This document shows positions 48,693 through 61,958 of a stretch of DNA of 64,000 nt, piece after piece. Made by a program: the position numbers and the translations under genes. Position 1 is the first letter of the stretch. Each line of letters starts with the position of its first letter. Origin of the DNA: an uncultured Holophagales bacterium (GTDB taxonomy: Bacteria > Acidobacteriota > Thermoanaerobaculia > Multivoradales > UBA5704); the NCBI GenBank assembly GCA_963842525.1, contig CAWJGT010000020.1:64001-128000 (forward strand), in the 5' to 3' direction. The notes under the pieces are model-generated. The model saw only the letters and a list, made by a program, of their open reading frames with translations. It had not been told where the DNA came from and searched no databases.

Positions 48693-51632
48693 ATGTCCAA
48701 TTTCACCCTGCCCCGTCGGCTGCCCTGGGCGGCCGTCGTGGCAACTTCTCTGCTGCTTTGGCCCACGGCTTCGTCTGCGGCCGGCGCTCCGGCCGGCGAG
48801 GACGCCTCTGCACCGGCGTCCGTGCCGTCCGACGTGCAGCCAGCGCCCTCTCCGGAAGAGATCCAGAGAGAATTCGCGCGCCTGAAACAAGAGAACAAAA
48901 AGAAGGATGAGGAACAGAAGGAAGCCTATCTCCGCTCCATGCCGTACCCAGGCGGGCAGCTCGACGAGAGCGATGTGGTCCGGATGCACTCCGCCCGCCT
49001 GTGGTATCTGTTGACCTACCCGACGGGCGTCATGCCGTCCACGCCCTGGACCAAGGCGAAGAAGCACGTCAAGGGCAAGGTGAAGGATGCGGAGCCCTGG
49101 CCGGGCGAGCCGCTCCGATCGATCTTCGACTCCGCGGCGGATGAGGAGATCGCGGGAGTGTCCGGCAAGGCGGTCATCCCGCCCGGCACCAACACCTGGG
49201 TCCTGTACGGGCCCAAGCCACTCGACTCCGTCGGCACCACGAACAACGCCTATCGCTATGGCATCGTCACCGGCCGCGTCAGCGCGGGCGGCCTAGCCGT
49301 CGACCCCAGCAATCCGAGCACCGCATATGCCGCATTCTCCGCGGGCGGTCTGTGGAAGACCACGAACCTGGGCGCGGCCACGGTGACCTGGACGCCACTC
49401 TGGGAGGACAAGGACTTCGTCACCCAGTCGGCCGGCGCCATCGAGATCGATCCGAACAACAGCAACGTCGTCTACGTCGGCACAGGAGATTGGGACGCTA
49501 ACGATCAGTTCGGCGAAGGGATCATGAAGACGGCCGACGGCGGCGCGACCTGGGCCCACCTGGGCGCCGACGTCTTCACTCCTTATTCGCCGACCCATCC
49601 GGCGGGCGGCAACCGCTGGTCCAACCAGAACATCCGGACCATCGAGGTCGACCCGAAGAATTCGAACAGGATCCTGGCCGGCACCCGCTTCGACCTCTAC
49701 ATCTCCCATGACGCAGGCGCGACGTGGCAGATCTGCGGCTTTGGCAACGGTTACACCAATCCGGCGGCGAGCAATCCGACGGCCAATGCTGTCAACCGCA
49801 TCAGCAGCATCTACCTCGACGGTCGCGGCGCGACCACCGTCGCCTATGTGGCAGTCGGCTACTATGCGAACAACGGCAACGGCAACAACGGCGTCTACCG
49901 GTTCAACATGCCGGCGAGCGGCTGCCCGGTATGGCCGTCGGGCTTCACTCTCCTGTCGGGCGGGTTCCCTGCCAGCACCGGCAACGGAGTCAACCAGGCT
50001 GCCGGTGGCAGCATCACCGGCCGCATCGAGCTGGCGGCGGGGTTCGGCACTGATGGCCTCCTGACCCTCTATGCCCAGGTCGCCAAGGCCACGGACCAGA
50101 CGGCAGAGGGGACCTACGTGCTGCGGCCGGACGGCGGGTCCACGACCTGGACCAAGCTGACGGGCAGCACGACCTATCCGACCTGCGCCGGCGGCTCGAG
50201 CGGCACGGGACAGGATTGGTACGACCTGTTCATCGCGGTCGATCCTGCCAATGACAAGACCCTCTACATCGGGCACATCGACGCGTTCAAGTCGACGGTG
50301 AACGCCACCTACACCTCGATCACGGCGTCCAACTTGACGAATGTCTACACGACCTCGTGTCCGTCCTACGGCAAGGTCCATCCGGACCAGCACGCCCTCG
50401 CCTTCGTGCCGGGCACGAGCGGCTCGACGTTCCTCCTCGGCAACGACGGCGGCGTCTACTACAACAACAACCGCGGCGACGTGAACGCCTGGAAACAGCT
50501 CAACGACACGATCAACACGACCCAGTTCTACGCCGGCCAGATCGGCAAGGACTTCGCCGGAGGCGGGGCCCAGTGGTGGCTCGGCGGCATGCAGGACAAC
50601 GGCAACGGGAGTTGGGACAGCACGAAGCCGACGCTCCTCTCCACCGGCCGCTCGGTCGGCGGCGACGGGTTCTTCTCCGCCTTCGATGTGCTCGCGGGCA
50701 CCGAGACCGCCGGCTGGTGGTTCACGGAGTACACCTACGGCTCCATGTACTGCTCGCGCAACAGCGGCGCCGACGGCCCGTTCTCCTCGGCCTGCGGCCC
50801 GAACCAGACCGGGACGGCGGACTGGAGCGCCCCGTTCCTGATGGACACGCTGCACTGCACGAGCAGCGTCTGCCGCAACATGATCTTCGGCGAGGACTAC
50901 GTCCATGCGGCAGGCGCCTTCGGCGTGCAGAAGCCGACCTGGAAGCGGGTCTCCCCCCGGCTGACGCGCGGCGGCTCGGTCGATTCCATCATCACGCTCA
51001 ACCTGGCTCCCAACAACCCTCGGGCCGCGGCCGCGGGCACCAGCGACGGCAAGCTCTGGTGGTCGGACAACATCCACACGGGTACGAATTGCACGCAGGC
51101 GGCGGCCAACACCTCGTCGTTCTCGTGCTCTCCGAACATGAGCGCCACCTGGCGTGACGTGGACTCGACCAACGCCGTGCTGCCGAACCGGGCGATCCAG
51201 GGCGTCGCCTTCGATCCGACCGATCACACCCGGATCTACGGCGCCGTGGGCGGCTTCAACATCAACACCCCGACCACACCGGGCCATTTGTTCGAGCTCA
51301 AGTGGAACGGCTCGGCCTGGACCCGGGCCAACAAGACGGGCAACCTGCCGGACGTGCCGGCCGCGTCGGTGGCGGTCAACCCGCTCAACCGCAAGCAGGT
51401 CTTCGTGGGCACTTTCTTCGGCTTCTACTACACGGACGACATCGACGCGGCCACCCCGGTCTGGGCGCGCTATCAGTGGGGTCTGCCCAACACCGTCATC
51501 CAGTACCTGACGGTCGATCGCGGCCCGGCCGCGAGCCCGTTCCTGGGCACCACGCTCATGGCCTTCACTTATGGCCGCGGCGTCTATGCCATCAAGCTCC
51601 CCACGGGAGGCGCCAGCTTTCCGGCGCACTGA
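48693..51632 (+). CDS. Secreted BNR/Asp-box beta-propeller protein (sortilin/GH74-like fold)
   Basis: Signal peptide; GGLWKTTN, KTADGGATW, SHDAGATW, HPDQH, GNDGG and TYGRG motifs. Confidence 0.8.
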   Translation: MSNFTLPRRLPWAAVVATSLLLWPTASSAAGAPAGEDASAPASVPSDVQPAPSPEEIQREFARLKQENKKKDEEQKEAYLRSMPYPGGQLDESDVVRMHSARLWYLLTYPTGVMPSTPWTKAKKHVKGKVKDAEPWPGEPLRSIFDSAADEEIAGVSGKAVIPPGTNTWVLYGPKPLDSVGTTNNAYRYGIVTGRVSAGGLAVDPSNPSTAYAAFSAGGLWKTTNLGAATVTWTPLWEDKDFVTQSAGAIEIDPNNSNVVYVGTGDWDANDQFGEGIMKTADGGATWAHLGADVFTPYSPTHPAGGNRWSNQNIRTIEVDPKNSNRILAGTRFDLYISHDAGATWQICGFGNGYTNPAASNPTANAVNRISSIYLDGRGATTVAYVAVGYYANNGNGNNGVYRFNMPASGCPVWPSGFTLLSGGFPASTGNGVNQAAGGSITGRIELAAGFGTDGLLTLYAQVAKATDQTAEGTYVLRPDGGSTTWTKLTGSTTYPTCAGGSSGTGQDWYDLFIAVDPANDKTLYIGHIDAFKSTVNATYTSITASNLTNVYTTSCPSYGKVHPDQHALAFVPGTSGSTFLLGNDGGVYYNNNRGDVNAWKQLNDTINTTQFYAGQIGKDFAGGGAQWWLGGMQDNGNGSWDSTKPTLLSTGRSVGGDGFFSAFDVLAGTETAGWWFTEYTYGSMYCSRNSGADGPFSSACGPNQTGTADWSAPFLMDTLHCTSSVCRNMIFGEDYVHAAGAFGVQKPTWKRVSPRLTRGGSVDSIITLNLAPNNPRAAAAGTSDGKLWWSDNIHTGTNCTQAAANTSSFSCSPNMSATWRDVDSTNAVLPNRAIQGVAFDPTDHTRIYGAVGGFNINTPTTPGHLFELKWNGSAWTRANKTGNLPDVPAASVAVNPLNRKQVFVGTFFGFYYTDDIDAATPVWARYQWGLPNTVIQYLTVDRGPAASPFLGTTLMAFTYGRGVYAIKLPTGGASFPAH

Positions 51633-51644
51633 AGGAAGAGGGAG

Positions 51645-53309
51645 TCAGGGGGTGAGGGCCACGACGGTCACTCGCCCCCTGCCCTGGTCGCTCGGATCGA
51701 AGAGGAGCACCTCGGGCCGGCCGTCGCCGTCCAGGTCCTCCGTGCGGGGGCCGGCGAGTTGGGAGCCCGGCCCCAAGACGCGGGTCCCCACCCCGCCGGT
51801 GCCGAGCGAGACCTCCACCGCCATCTCGCTGATGCCTGGGATCTGGACGATCTGGCGGGGCCGGCGGTCCAGGATCTCCTTGCGCGGATCCGGCGTCCCG
51901 GCGAAGACGACGAGCTGGCCCCCCTTGGCGGCCACGAGGTCGGGGAGCCCGTCGCCCGTGACGTCCTGTCCGAAGCTCCAGGCCTTGGCCTCCAGCTCGT
52001 TGAGGAACGTCTTCCGGCTGGACGTCTCGAAGCGGCCGTTCCCGCGGCCGAACCAGGCTTCGACCACCATGTCTCCGCCGAGCATCCCCTCCGGCTGCAG
52101 CAGGACCAGGTCGTCGTGCCCGTCCCGGTCGAGGTCGAGGACGACCGGCTGGGCCGGCTGCCAGCGGTGGCTGACGGTCTGGACCGCGAGCACCGGACCG
52201 GTCCCGGAGCGGCTGCGGTCGGCGCCGAGGAGGAAGACGCGGAGCTTCCCCTTTTCGAACAGGCTTCCCCCTTCCGCAGTGGTGACGAGCAGGGCCGGAC
52301 GTCCGTCGAGCGCGACGTAGCGGTAGCTGTCGACCGACTCGGGGGCGGGGAGGCGCGACCAGCTCTCGGTCCGCTGCGTGGCACCCCCGGGCCCGGGCTC
52401 GAGCAGCAGGGTCCGCAGCCGGATGTTGCCCTGCGCATCCGGGCCGGCGGCCCAGACCGGAGGACCGTCCCGGCGGGGGATGGTGGTCACCGCAGGGGTC
52501 GAGAGCCAGAGGCCCGTCGCCTCCCGGCCGGCCTTCACCGGCAGCTCGAGATCCGGGCCGGCAACGAGCCGGCCCGAGCCGTCGGCCGTCCAGGCCCGGA
52601 AGCGTCCTACCACGGTGGCTTCGAAGCTTGCTTTCGTGCCTGCGTTGGTACCGGTACTCCATCTCAGGTCGAGCCCTGGCTCGGCGAGGAGGAGGAGCGG
52701 CGCGGTTGGGCTGTCCGGGATGCCGACGCTGTGGATCTTCCCCGGCTCTCCGACCAGCACCTCCTCGCTGCCGTCGCCGTCCAGATCGACCGCTGCAAGG
52801 GCGTTCGCCGCGGCAGGCAAGCCCTCGCGCAGGAGCCACGGCGGACCGCTCTTCGCGGGATCGACGAGATACAGCGAACGTGGGCCTTCGGGCGTGTCGC
52901 TGTCCTCGGGGCCCTGGGGAGAAGGCGGCGCCGTCAGGGCTACGATCCGGCGCCGGCCGTCGGCGCCCTTGGGGAGAGCGACCGCGATCAGGTTCCCGGG
53001 CAGCACGGCGTCGACCCGCCGCCCGCCGGTGACCGGAGTGACCGTCACGCCCACGGCGGGCGGTGGAGGCGGAGGCTTCTCCTTCTCGGCGGCCACGACG
53101 ATCGCCGGGAGAAAAAAGAGGACGAGGAGAATCGCGAGCCGGAGTGGTCCCTCACCCCCAGCCCCTCTCCCATCCTCACTCCCAGCCCCCCGGGAGAGGG
53201 GAGCCGTAACTCCTTCCAGCCTTAGCGTCTCTCCTGCCTTTTCCCCCCTCTCCCGGGGGAAGGGAGTGAGGATGGGAGAGGGGGGCCAGGGGGGTGAGGG
53301 CCTTCTCAC
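51645..53309 (-). CDS. FG-GAP/VCBS repeat secreted protein (N-terminus contains an in-frame palindromic element)
   Basis: DLDGDGSEE, DLDRDGHDDL, DVTGDGLPDL and DLDGDGRPE; GTG start overlaps the upstream TGA. Confidence 0.8.
   Translation of the reverse strand: MRRPSPPWPPSPILTPFPRERGEKAGETLRLEGVTAPLSRGAGSEDGRGAGGEGPLRLAILLVLFFLPAIVVAAEKEKPPPPPPAVGVTVTPVTGGRRVDAVLPGNLIAVALPKGADGRRRIVALTAPPSPQGPEDSDTPEGPRSLYLVDPAKSGPPWLLREGLPAAANALAAVDLDGDGSEEVLVGEPGKIHSVGIPDSPTAPLLLLAEPGLDLRWSTGTNAGTKASFEATVVGRFRAWTADGSGRLVAGPDLELPVKAGREATGLWLSTPAVTTIPRRDGPPVWAAGPDAQGNIRLRTLLLEPGPGGATQRTESWSRLPAPESVDSYRYVALDGRPALLVTTAEGGSLFEKGKLRVFLLGADRSRSGTGPVLAVQTVSHRWQPAQPVVLDLDRDGHDDLVLLQPEGMLGGDMVVEAWFGRGNGRFETSSRKTFLNELEAKAWSFGQDVTGDGLPDLVAAKGGQLVVFAGTPDPRKEILDRRPRQIVQIPGISEMAVEVSLGTGGVGTRVLGPGSQLAGPRTEDLDGDGRPEVLLFDPSDQGRGRVTVVALTP
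53149..53300. repeat. Empty copy of the CCCTCACCCC inverted-repeat element
   Basis: Both arms closely match 44430-44487 and 44941-44995, but only a short spacer lies between them. Confidence 0.8.
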
Positions 53310-54967
53310 GATCCACCCTCGCTCAAATAAAGATCAAGGCGGACCGGATGCGTGGTGCCTCGATCGTCGCCTCGCTTGGGCGCCTGCGGCTGGATGACCA
53401 GGAGGTCGGCGAGGCGGTCGCCGTCGAAGTCGCGGACCTGGACGAGGCCGAGGTCGCGCGGCGCCTCTTCGAGCTGGACGGCGAGGTCGGGCTGCGCGGC
53501 GTAGGAACAGTCCGGGTGCCCGCGATGGATGGTCACGGCCTTGCCCCTTCCCATCTGCACGAATTCGGGCCGGCCGTCGCCGTCGAAGTCGCCCGCGAAT
53601 TGCGAGACGTGGCCGATCTTCAGGTTGTTCAGGTTCAGGTTGAATCTCCCCGAGAGGTCGAGCCCCCGCACCGGGCGGAAGGCGCCGCCGGTCTGGCACA
53701 AGACGTGGAAGTCGAGGTCGATCCCCAGGCGGCGCACGGTGACGATCTTGGCGACCTGGAACACGGAGAAGTCGAGGGTCATGGCCACCAGGTCCATGCG
53801 GCCGTCGCCGTTCAGGTCCTGGAAGCCGCCCGGCAGCCGGATCTCTCCTTCGTCGTTGCCTCCCCCCATAGCGTAGCCCTCGGCTTCGAATTGCTGGTAG
53901 GGGCGGGGCTCCATGGAGAGGTCCGGCCGGGCGCGGTGGAGCTGATAGAGGAACACGGGCCGCTTGGCGTGCTTCATCTCCTTGCGGAAGCCGGCGTTTT
54001 CGCCCGGCCCCTTGTCCTCCTGGGTCACGTATTCGGCCTTGCCGTCGCCGTCCAGGTCGCCGAACCAGACCGGCTCGGGCTCCGTGGAGTCGGTCTCGCC
54101 GGTCTTCCGAGTCTGCACGGTTTCGCCCAGAGGAGCGATCGGCTCGGCGAAGCGGCCGCCGCCCAGGTTGCGCAGCACGCGGAACCCCGGAAGGCCTCCC
54201 TGCGAGGGCCGCAACAGCAGGTCGGGCAGGCCGTTGCCGTCGAGGTCGGCCACCTCGGGCAGCGGATAGTGCCGTAGGAGGGGGCTGGAGCCAGGAGGTT
54301 GGAGGCCGTCGACGGGGAAGCGGACCCGCGAGGCCGGAGACGTCCGGAGCCCCTCCGGGCCACTGAGGTAGACCGAGGCGCCCTCGGGCGTGGGGAGCAG
54401 GAGGTCCGCCCTGCCGTCGCCGTCGAGGTCGCGGACCAGGCCAAGACCGGAGAGGAAAACGCCGGTCCCGGTCAGCACGGACCGTTCTGCGAGGACCGGC
54501 TCCCAGGCCAGCTCGGAGCCTCCAGCCCGCATCCGCAGGACCGACAGCCCCGCATCGGTGAGGGCGACGATCGGCAGGCCCGGAGGCCCGGCTTCGATCG
54601 AAAGCACCGATGGATCGAGAGCGAGCGCAACGCCCTGCAGCTCGAATCCGCCGGGGCGCCCCCGGAAGACCCGCAGCTCCCGCCGGTCGATCAGCGACGG
54701 GACGACCGTGAGGACCTCGACCAGCCCCTCGACGTCGTCCATCTTGGTCGACTCTTCGATGCTGATCTGGTCCCACCGTGTCACGGCGGTCACCACCGTG
54801 AGGTCGATCCGGCCGTCGCCGTCGACATCCGCCGGTACGACCGAGGCCGGCGCGCCGGGAAGCTCCAGGACCTGGTAGCGGAGAGCGAGCTTCTCGCGCC
54901 GGGCGAGGGTGGGGGAGGAGAGAAGGCTGAGCAGGAGGAGGACGAGGAGCGAGCGCGAGCGGAACAT
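53306..54967 (-). CDS. FG-GAP/VCBS repeat secreted protein
   Basis: Signal peptide MFRSRSLLVLLLLSLL; at least seven DxDGDG-type motifs. Confidence 0.85.
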   Translation of the reverse strand: MFRSRSLLVLLLLSLLSSPTLARREKLALRYQVLELPGAPASVVPADVDGDGRIDLTVVTAVTRWDQISIEESTKMDDVEGLVEVLTVVPSLIDRRELRVFRGRPGGFELQGVALALDPSVLSIEAGPPGLPIVALTDAGLSVLRMRAGGSELAWEPVLAERSVLTGTGVFLSGLGLVRDLDGDGRADLLLPTPEGASVYLSGPEGLRTSPASRVRFPVDGLQPPGSSPLLRHYPLPEVADLDGNGLPDLLLRPSQGGLPGFRVLRNLGGGRFAEPIAPLGETVQTRKTGETDSTEPEPVWFGDLDGDGKAEYVTQEDKGPGENAGFRKEMKHAKRPVFLYQLHRARPDLSMEPRPYQQFEAEGYAMGGGNDEGEIRLPGGFQDLNGDGRMDLVAMTLDFSVFQVAKIVTVRRLGIDLDFHVLCQTGGAFRPVRGLDLSGRFNLNLNNLKIGHVSQFAGDFDGDGRPEFVQMGRGKAVTIHRGHPDCSYAAQPDLAVQLEEAPRDLGLVQVRDFDGDRLADLLVIQPQAPKRGDDRGTTHPVRLDLYLSEGGS

Positions 54968-55019
54968 GCTTCTACAGAGACGTGGGAGCGCTCGGAATGT
55001 TACCTCGTCCCTCGGAGGG

Positions 55020-55370
55020 ACCACCGTCCGCGTCTCCGGCGCCGCGAAGCGCGTCACGCGGACCGCGGGTCCTGTGACTGGACTCGCCAATGTGCGTCCG
55101 GCTTCGCAAAGCCGGTGACAGGCACCACGGTCCGCGTGACCGGCCTCATGGTCTGTGTGGCAGGGACCACGGTGCCTGTGACATGGACCGGAAGATGGGG
55201 CCGCGCCTTTCGAGGCCGGTGACCGAGACCACGGTCCGTGTGACAGGGACCGCGAAGCGGGACGCGCGACGCTTGGCTCGCCACCGGGCGCTTCCGAGCC
55301 CGGCGGCCTCGATGTTGCCGGAGCAGACCGGACTGACGGTCCCGGACGCTGGAGCGGCGGGTCCGGGCGA
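55020..55370. repeat. Degenerate 21-bp-period tandem array
   Basis: accaccgtccgcgtctccggc (55020), accgcgggtcctgtgactgga (55062), accacggtccgcgtgaccggc (55124), accacggtgcctgtgacatgg (55166), accacggtccgtgtgacaggg (55228). Confidence 0.7.
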
Positions 55371-55376
55371 ATCTCT

Positions 55377-55751
55377 TCAGTACGGTTTGCAAGCCAGCGG
55401 CCCGAGCAGAGGCGAGAAGTGCTTCAGATTCGTCGTAAAGAGAGGGAGTTGGAGACGATGAGCACAAGCAGCGATCAGGCAATCCATCACATCCACATTG
55501 TGGCTCAACCGAAACGCGAGAGATTGACGGATAGCCCAGTCGAAATCCCCGGACTGAGGATCAATCCGTTGGAAGCGGTTCAGGAGCTTGACAGCCCTCC
55601 GTTGTTCCTGCCGATTCACTGCGCCATCCAGGGTCTCGAGCCAAACCATGGGTGTAATGCCGAGCCGGGGCTCTTGCTCGATCCAGGAGAGAGAAGGCGG
55701 ATACCCGCGGAGGAGATCGACGAGGACCACCGTATCGAGCAGACCGGTCAC
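55377..55751 (-). CDS. VapC/PIN domain toxin
   Basis: LLDTVVLVD, W.E and DCLIAA..LFTTNLKHF; GTGA overlap with the antitoxin. Confidence 0.88.
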   Translation of the reverse strand: MTGLLDTVVLVDLLRGYPPSLSWIEQEPRLGITPMVWLETLDGAVNRQEQRRAVKLLNRFQRIDPQSGDFDWAIRQSLAFRLSHNVDVMDCLIAACAHRLQLPLFTTNLKHFSPLLGPLACKPY

Positions 55752-56032
55752 CACGAACGCCGCTCGCGCCGCCGTCGCCGTTGCTCTTCGACCCATTCGG
55801 CGGCATCAGTGATTCCCTTGTCCTTCCAACCGCCGGTGAGCCCTGCTGCAACGATCTCGGCTCCGGTCATAGGCACGACCTTCAAGGCCTCATCGAGCTC
55901 TTCGGGGGTCCAGGCCGGCTCAAGGGGGATTTCGATCGTGACGCGGGCCTCTCCAGGAGGAAGACCCGGAGGCAGCTCAACCTCCAACTCGCCCTTTTCG
56001 GTGATACGGCCGTTCAACTGGATCATCGCCAT
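55748..56032 (-). CDS. Putative antitoxin
   Basis: GRITEKGELEVELP beta-type N-terminus, WKD..DAAEWVEEQR C-terminus; coupled to the PIN gene. Confidence 0.7.
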   Translation of the reverse strand: MAMIQLNGRITEKGELEVELPPGLPPGEARVTIEIPLEPAWTPEELDEALKVVPMTGAEIVAAGLTGGWKDKGITDAAEWVEEQRRRRRERRSW

Positions 56033-56078
56033 TTCGCTCCCCGGGTATTCTACTCCGAGAATTGCTCGCGGTACACCT

Positions 56079-57030
56079 CTATATTCCCTCTCTCCCGGGG
56101 TGAGGCCGGAGCCGCGCCAGCACCTCGTCCGCCCCATTCTCGCGCATCCTGGCCACGCAGGCCGTGGCGACCTCGGCAGGGTCGCGGCCGGTCGCCTCGG
56201 CCTGGGCGACATGGCGGCCGTCCGGTGTGGCCAGGAGTGCAGTCAGGCGAAGGCCGCCGTCGTCAGAACGGGCCCAGGCGGCGAGGGGGAGGGTGCAGTC
56301 CCCTCCGAAGGCGGCGACCACGCGGCGCTCGGCGTCGGCGGCGCGGGCGGTTGGCTCGTGATCGAGGGCGCGGCAGAGCGCTTCGGCGGGGGTGCCCTGG
56401 CGCGTCTGTAGAGCGAGCGTGCCCTGGCAGGGAGCGGGGACCAGGACATCCGGGGGGATCGGATGGAGCGGCAGGTCCTGGAGCCCGAGGCGGGCGAGGC
56501 CCGCGCCGGCCAGGATCACGCCGGCGGCGCCGGTCTCCCGCCACTTGCGGAGGCGCGTGTCCACGTTGCCGCGGATCGGCTCGATGTGCAGGTCCGGCCG
56601 CCGCATCAGGATCTGCGCGCGCCGGCGCAGGGCACCGGTGAGCAGCACGGCCCCGGCAGGCAGCTCGTCCAGGTCCCCGGCGACCTCGCTCACCAGGACG
56701 TCCCGCGGATCCGCCCGCTCGGGATGCGCGGCCACCACCAGGCCCTCCGGCAGGCGGACGGGCAGATCCTTCATCGAGTGCACGGCGAGGTCGAGCGAGC
56801 CGTCGAGCAGGCCGCGCTCCAGCTCCTGGGTGAAGAGCCCCTTGCCGCCCACCTTGGCGAGGTCGCCGGTCACCACGTCGCCGGTCGTGATCGACCGGCA
56901 CCAGCTCGACGGTCAGGCCGGGGTGCAGGGCTTCGAGGGCGCGGGCGACCATCCCGGACTGCGCCAGGGCCAGCGCGCTCCCGCGGGTGCCGAGGCGGAG
57001 CCGGCGGGCCTCAAGCGTTGTCGTCGTCAT
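56079..57030 (-). CDS. hemC: Hydroxymethylbilane synthase (+1 frameshift near 56892)
   Basis: LRLGTRGSALALAQ; GGKGLFTQELE; AVHSMKD; RGNVDTRL; GDCTLP. Confidence 0.92.
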
Positions 57031-58291
57031 CCAGGTGGAACAGCTCGCGCACGAAGTCCAGCCGGGAGAGGTCCTGCTGCGCCCCGTCGCGGGCCCGCAG
57101 CCGTGTGCTCGGATGGTGAAGGATCTTGCGCACCAGCGACCGGGTGAGGCGGTCGAGCTCTTCGTGCATCTCGGGCGGGAAGCGGGGGAGCGCCTCCTCG
57201 AGCTCGTGGCGGCGGATGCGCTCGGCCTGCTTCTGGAGGCTCGCCACTACCGGCTCGGCCTCCAGGCCGCTGTACCAGGAGCGGAGATGATCGAGCTCCT
57301 GCTCCACGATCTCCTCGACGCGGGGGACCTCCTCCTTGCGCCGCTTGAGGTTGCGCTGGATCAGGAAGTCCAGCGAATCGACCGTATGGAGGAAGAGGTT
57401 GCCGAGCTTGGCCGCGGAGGGCTCGACGTTGCGCGGTACGCCCAGGTCGACCACCAGCAGCGGCCGGGTGGGGCGGTTCCGCATGGTCTCCTTGAGCTGC
57501 TTGCGGGTGAGCACCGGCTCGTCCGCGGCGGTCGAGACCACCACCACGTCCGCCTCGCGCACCGCGGACATCCGGTCCTCGAAGGCGATCAGCTCGGCCT
57601 GCGGGATCTCCTCCTTGAGCTGCAAGGCCCGCTCGCGGCTGCGGTTGGCCACCTCCAGCCGGCGCGCGCCGCGCTCCACCAGGGGGCGGGCCACCGAGCG
57701 GGCGATCTCGCCGGCGCCGATCAGCAGAATGCGGCTCGCCTCCAATCCGCTGAAGATGTTGCGCGCCAGCTCGACCACCGCGTAGCCGAGCGAGACCGCG
57801 CCGGCTGAAATCTCGGTTTCCTGGCGGGAGCGGGCCCCGGCCGCGAGGGCGCTACGCAGCAGGCGCTTGAGCACCGGGCCGCTCGCCCCGACCGTTTCTG
57901 CGAGCTGGGCCTGCTGGCGGACCTGGCCGAGGATCTCCGGCTCGCCGAGCACCATGGATTCGAGGCCGCTGGCCACCCCGAGCAGGTGGCGGGCCGCCTC
58001 GCCGTTGCGCTTGACGTAGAGCCTCCCCGGCTTTTCCAGCTCCGGAGCCTTCCGCAGGAAGACCAGCTCGAGGGCGGCCCGGTAGGCCTCGTCTTCTTCC
58101 CGCGGCTGGAGATAGACCTCCGTCCGGTTGCAGGTCGAGAGGATGTACGCCTCGGCGATCCCGGACCGGGCCAGCAGGTGAACCAGGACGTGCTCCGCCT
58201 CCTCGCCGTTGCAGGACACCCGCTCGCGCAGCTCGATCGGCGAGCACCTGAAATCGGTGCCTACGAGCAGCAGGGGAGGATCCGGATGCAT
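57011..58291 (-). CDS. hemA: Glutamyl-tRNA reductase
   Basis: STCNRTEVY, SGLESMVLGEPEILGQV, IGAGE and DLGVPRN motifs. Confidence 0.95.
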   Translation of the reverse strand: MHPDPPLLLVGTDFRCSPIELRERVSCNGEEAEHVLVHLLARSGIAEAYILSTCNRTEVYLQPREEDEAYRAALELVFLRKAPELEKPGRLYVKRNGEAARHLLGVASGLESMVLGEPEILGQVRQQAQLAETVGASGPVLKRLLRSALAAGARSRQETEISAGAVSLGYAVVELARNIFSGLEASRILLIGAGEIARSVARPLVERGARRLEVANRSRERALQLKEEIPQAELIAFEDRMSAVREADVVVVSTAADEPVLTRKQLKETMRNRPTRPLLVVDLGVPRNVEPSAAKLGNLFLHTVDSLDFLIQRNLKRRKEEVPRVEEIVEQELDHLRSWYSGLEAEPVVASLQKQAERIRRHELEEALPRFPPEMHEELDRLTRSLVRKILHHPSTRLRARDGAQQDLSRLDFVRELFHLDDDDNA

Positions 58292-58300
58292 GACGGCCGC

Positions 58301-59125
58301 CTACAGGAAGACATGGAAGTCCGAGAAGAAGAAGTTGACCGCCATCAGCGAGAAGAGGATGGCCGCGAAGCCGGCCAGGCTGGCGACCGCGGTCTGCCGC
58401 CCCTGCCAGCGCTGGAACCGGCGCAGCAGGAGGGCCAGGGCGTAGAGCGCCCAGGTGGCGAGCGTGACCAGGATCTTGGGGTCGCGCAGCCAGCCCTCGT
58501 GGAAGAGCCGCTGCGCCCAGAAGCCACCGGTGATCACCGCGCCGGTCAGGCTGACGAAACCCACGAACAGCGCGCCGAGCATCATCCGCTCCAGCACCTC
58601 GAGGGGTGGCAGCTTGCCGTAGAAGGTCGAGAAGCGGCCGGCCTTCAGGTCTCGATAGAGCTGCAGGAACAGGAACGCGTAGGCCGCTCCCACCACGAAG
58701 CCGGTGTAGCCGAGCAGGGCGAGCGAGACATGGACCGCGAAGAACGGGTCGTGGAAGATGGCCCGGTCCGGCGGGTTCGGTCCGTTGAGCACGGAGGCCA
58801 GGAGCTGGAAGAAGAAGACCAGTGCCACCATCCAGAAACCGGTCGAGCGCGCGCGGCCGTGCCACTCCACGAAGACGTAGACCACCGCCACCGCGAAGGC
58901 GACGATCGACAGCGCCTGGGACACCGTCGCGGCCGGGAACTGCCCGTGATGGACACCGAGGGCCACCAGATAGACCAGGTGCAGCAGCACCGTGCCGCGC
59001 AGGGCCGGCGTAGCGGCCCGGTTCGCCACCGGGTGCGCGCTGAAGAAGAGGACGCCGTAGGCGATCGTCGCGCCCAGATAGAGGAGCGGGAGCAGAAGGG
59101 TCGCGAGGTCCAGGAACGTGCTCAT
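58301..59125 (-). CDS. Cytochrome c assembly protein (CcsA/HemX-like)
   Basis: Multiple TM helices; [29 protein letters not shown]; upstream of hemA. Confidence 0.85.
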   Translation of the reverse strand: MSTFLDLATLLLPLLYLGATIAYGVLFFSAHPVANRAATPALRGTVLLHLVYLVALGVHHGQFPAATVSQALSIVAFAVAVVYVFVEWHGRARSTGFWMVALVFFFQLLASVLNGPNPPDRAIFHDPFFAVHVSLALLGYTGFVVGAAYAFLFLQLYRDLKAGRFSTFYGKLPPLEVLERMMLGALFVGFVSLTGAVITGGFWAQRLFHEGWLRDPKILVTLATWALYALALLLRRFQRWQGRQTAVASLAGFAAILFSLMAVNFFFSDFHVFL

Positions 59126-59229
59126 GTCGCGTGACAGATCAGGAGAATGCTAGCACTCCTGGGGGTCGGTTGCCCGTCTGCGCATCCTCTGCTACTGTCC
59201 CCCGGCTTGGGGAGACGGAGCACCGCGCC

Positions 59230-60562
<1,333 letters not shown>

Positions 60563-60641
60563 ACGGTCGCTGACGCGGCCGGCGTGCCCCGTGGTATTTT
60601 TGCCCGGCCATCCCAGGCAGAGCCGGAGAGGATCGACGACC

Positions 60642-61928
<1,287 letters not shown>

Positions 61929-61932
61929 AAAT

Positions 61933-61958
61933 GTAGGGGCGGGGCTTGTCCCCGCCCG
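61933..61958. repeat. GTAG-type REP-like hairpin
   Basis: gtaggggcggggcttgtccccgcccg immediately after the icd stop. Confidence 0.55.
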
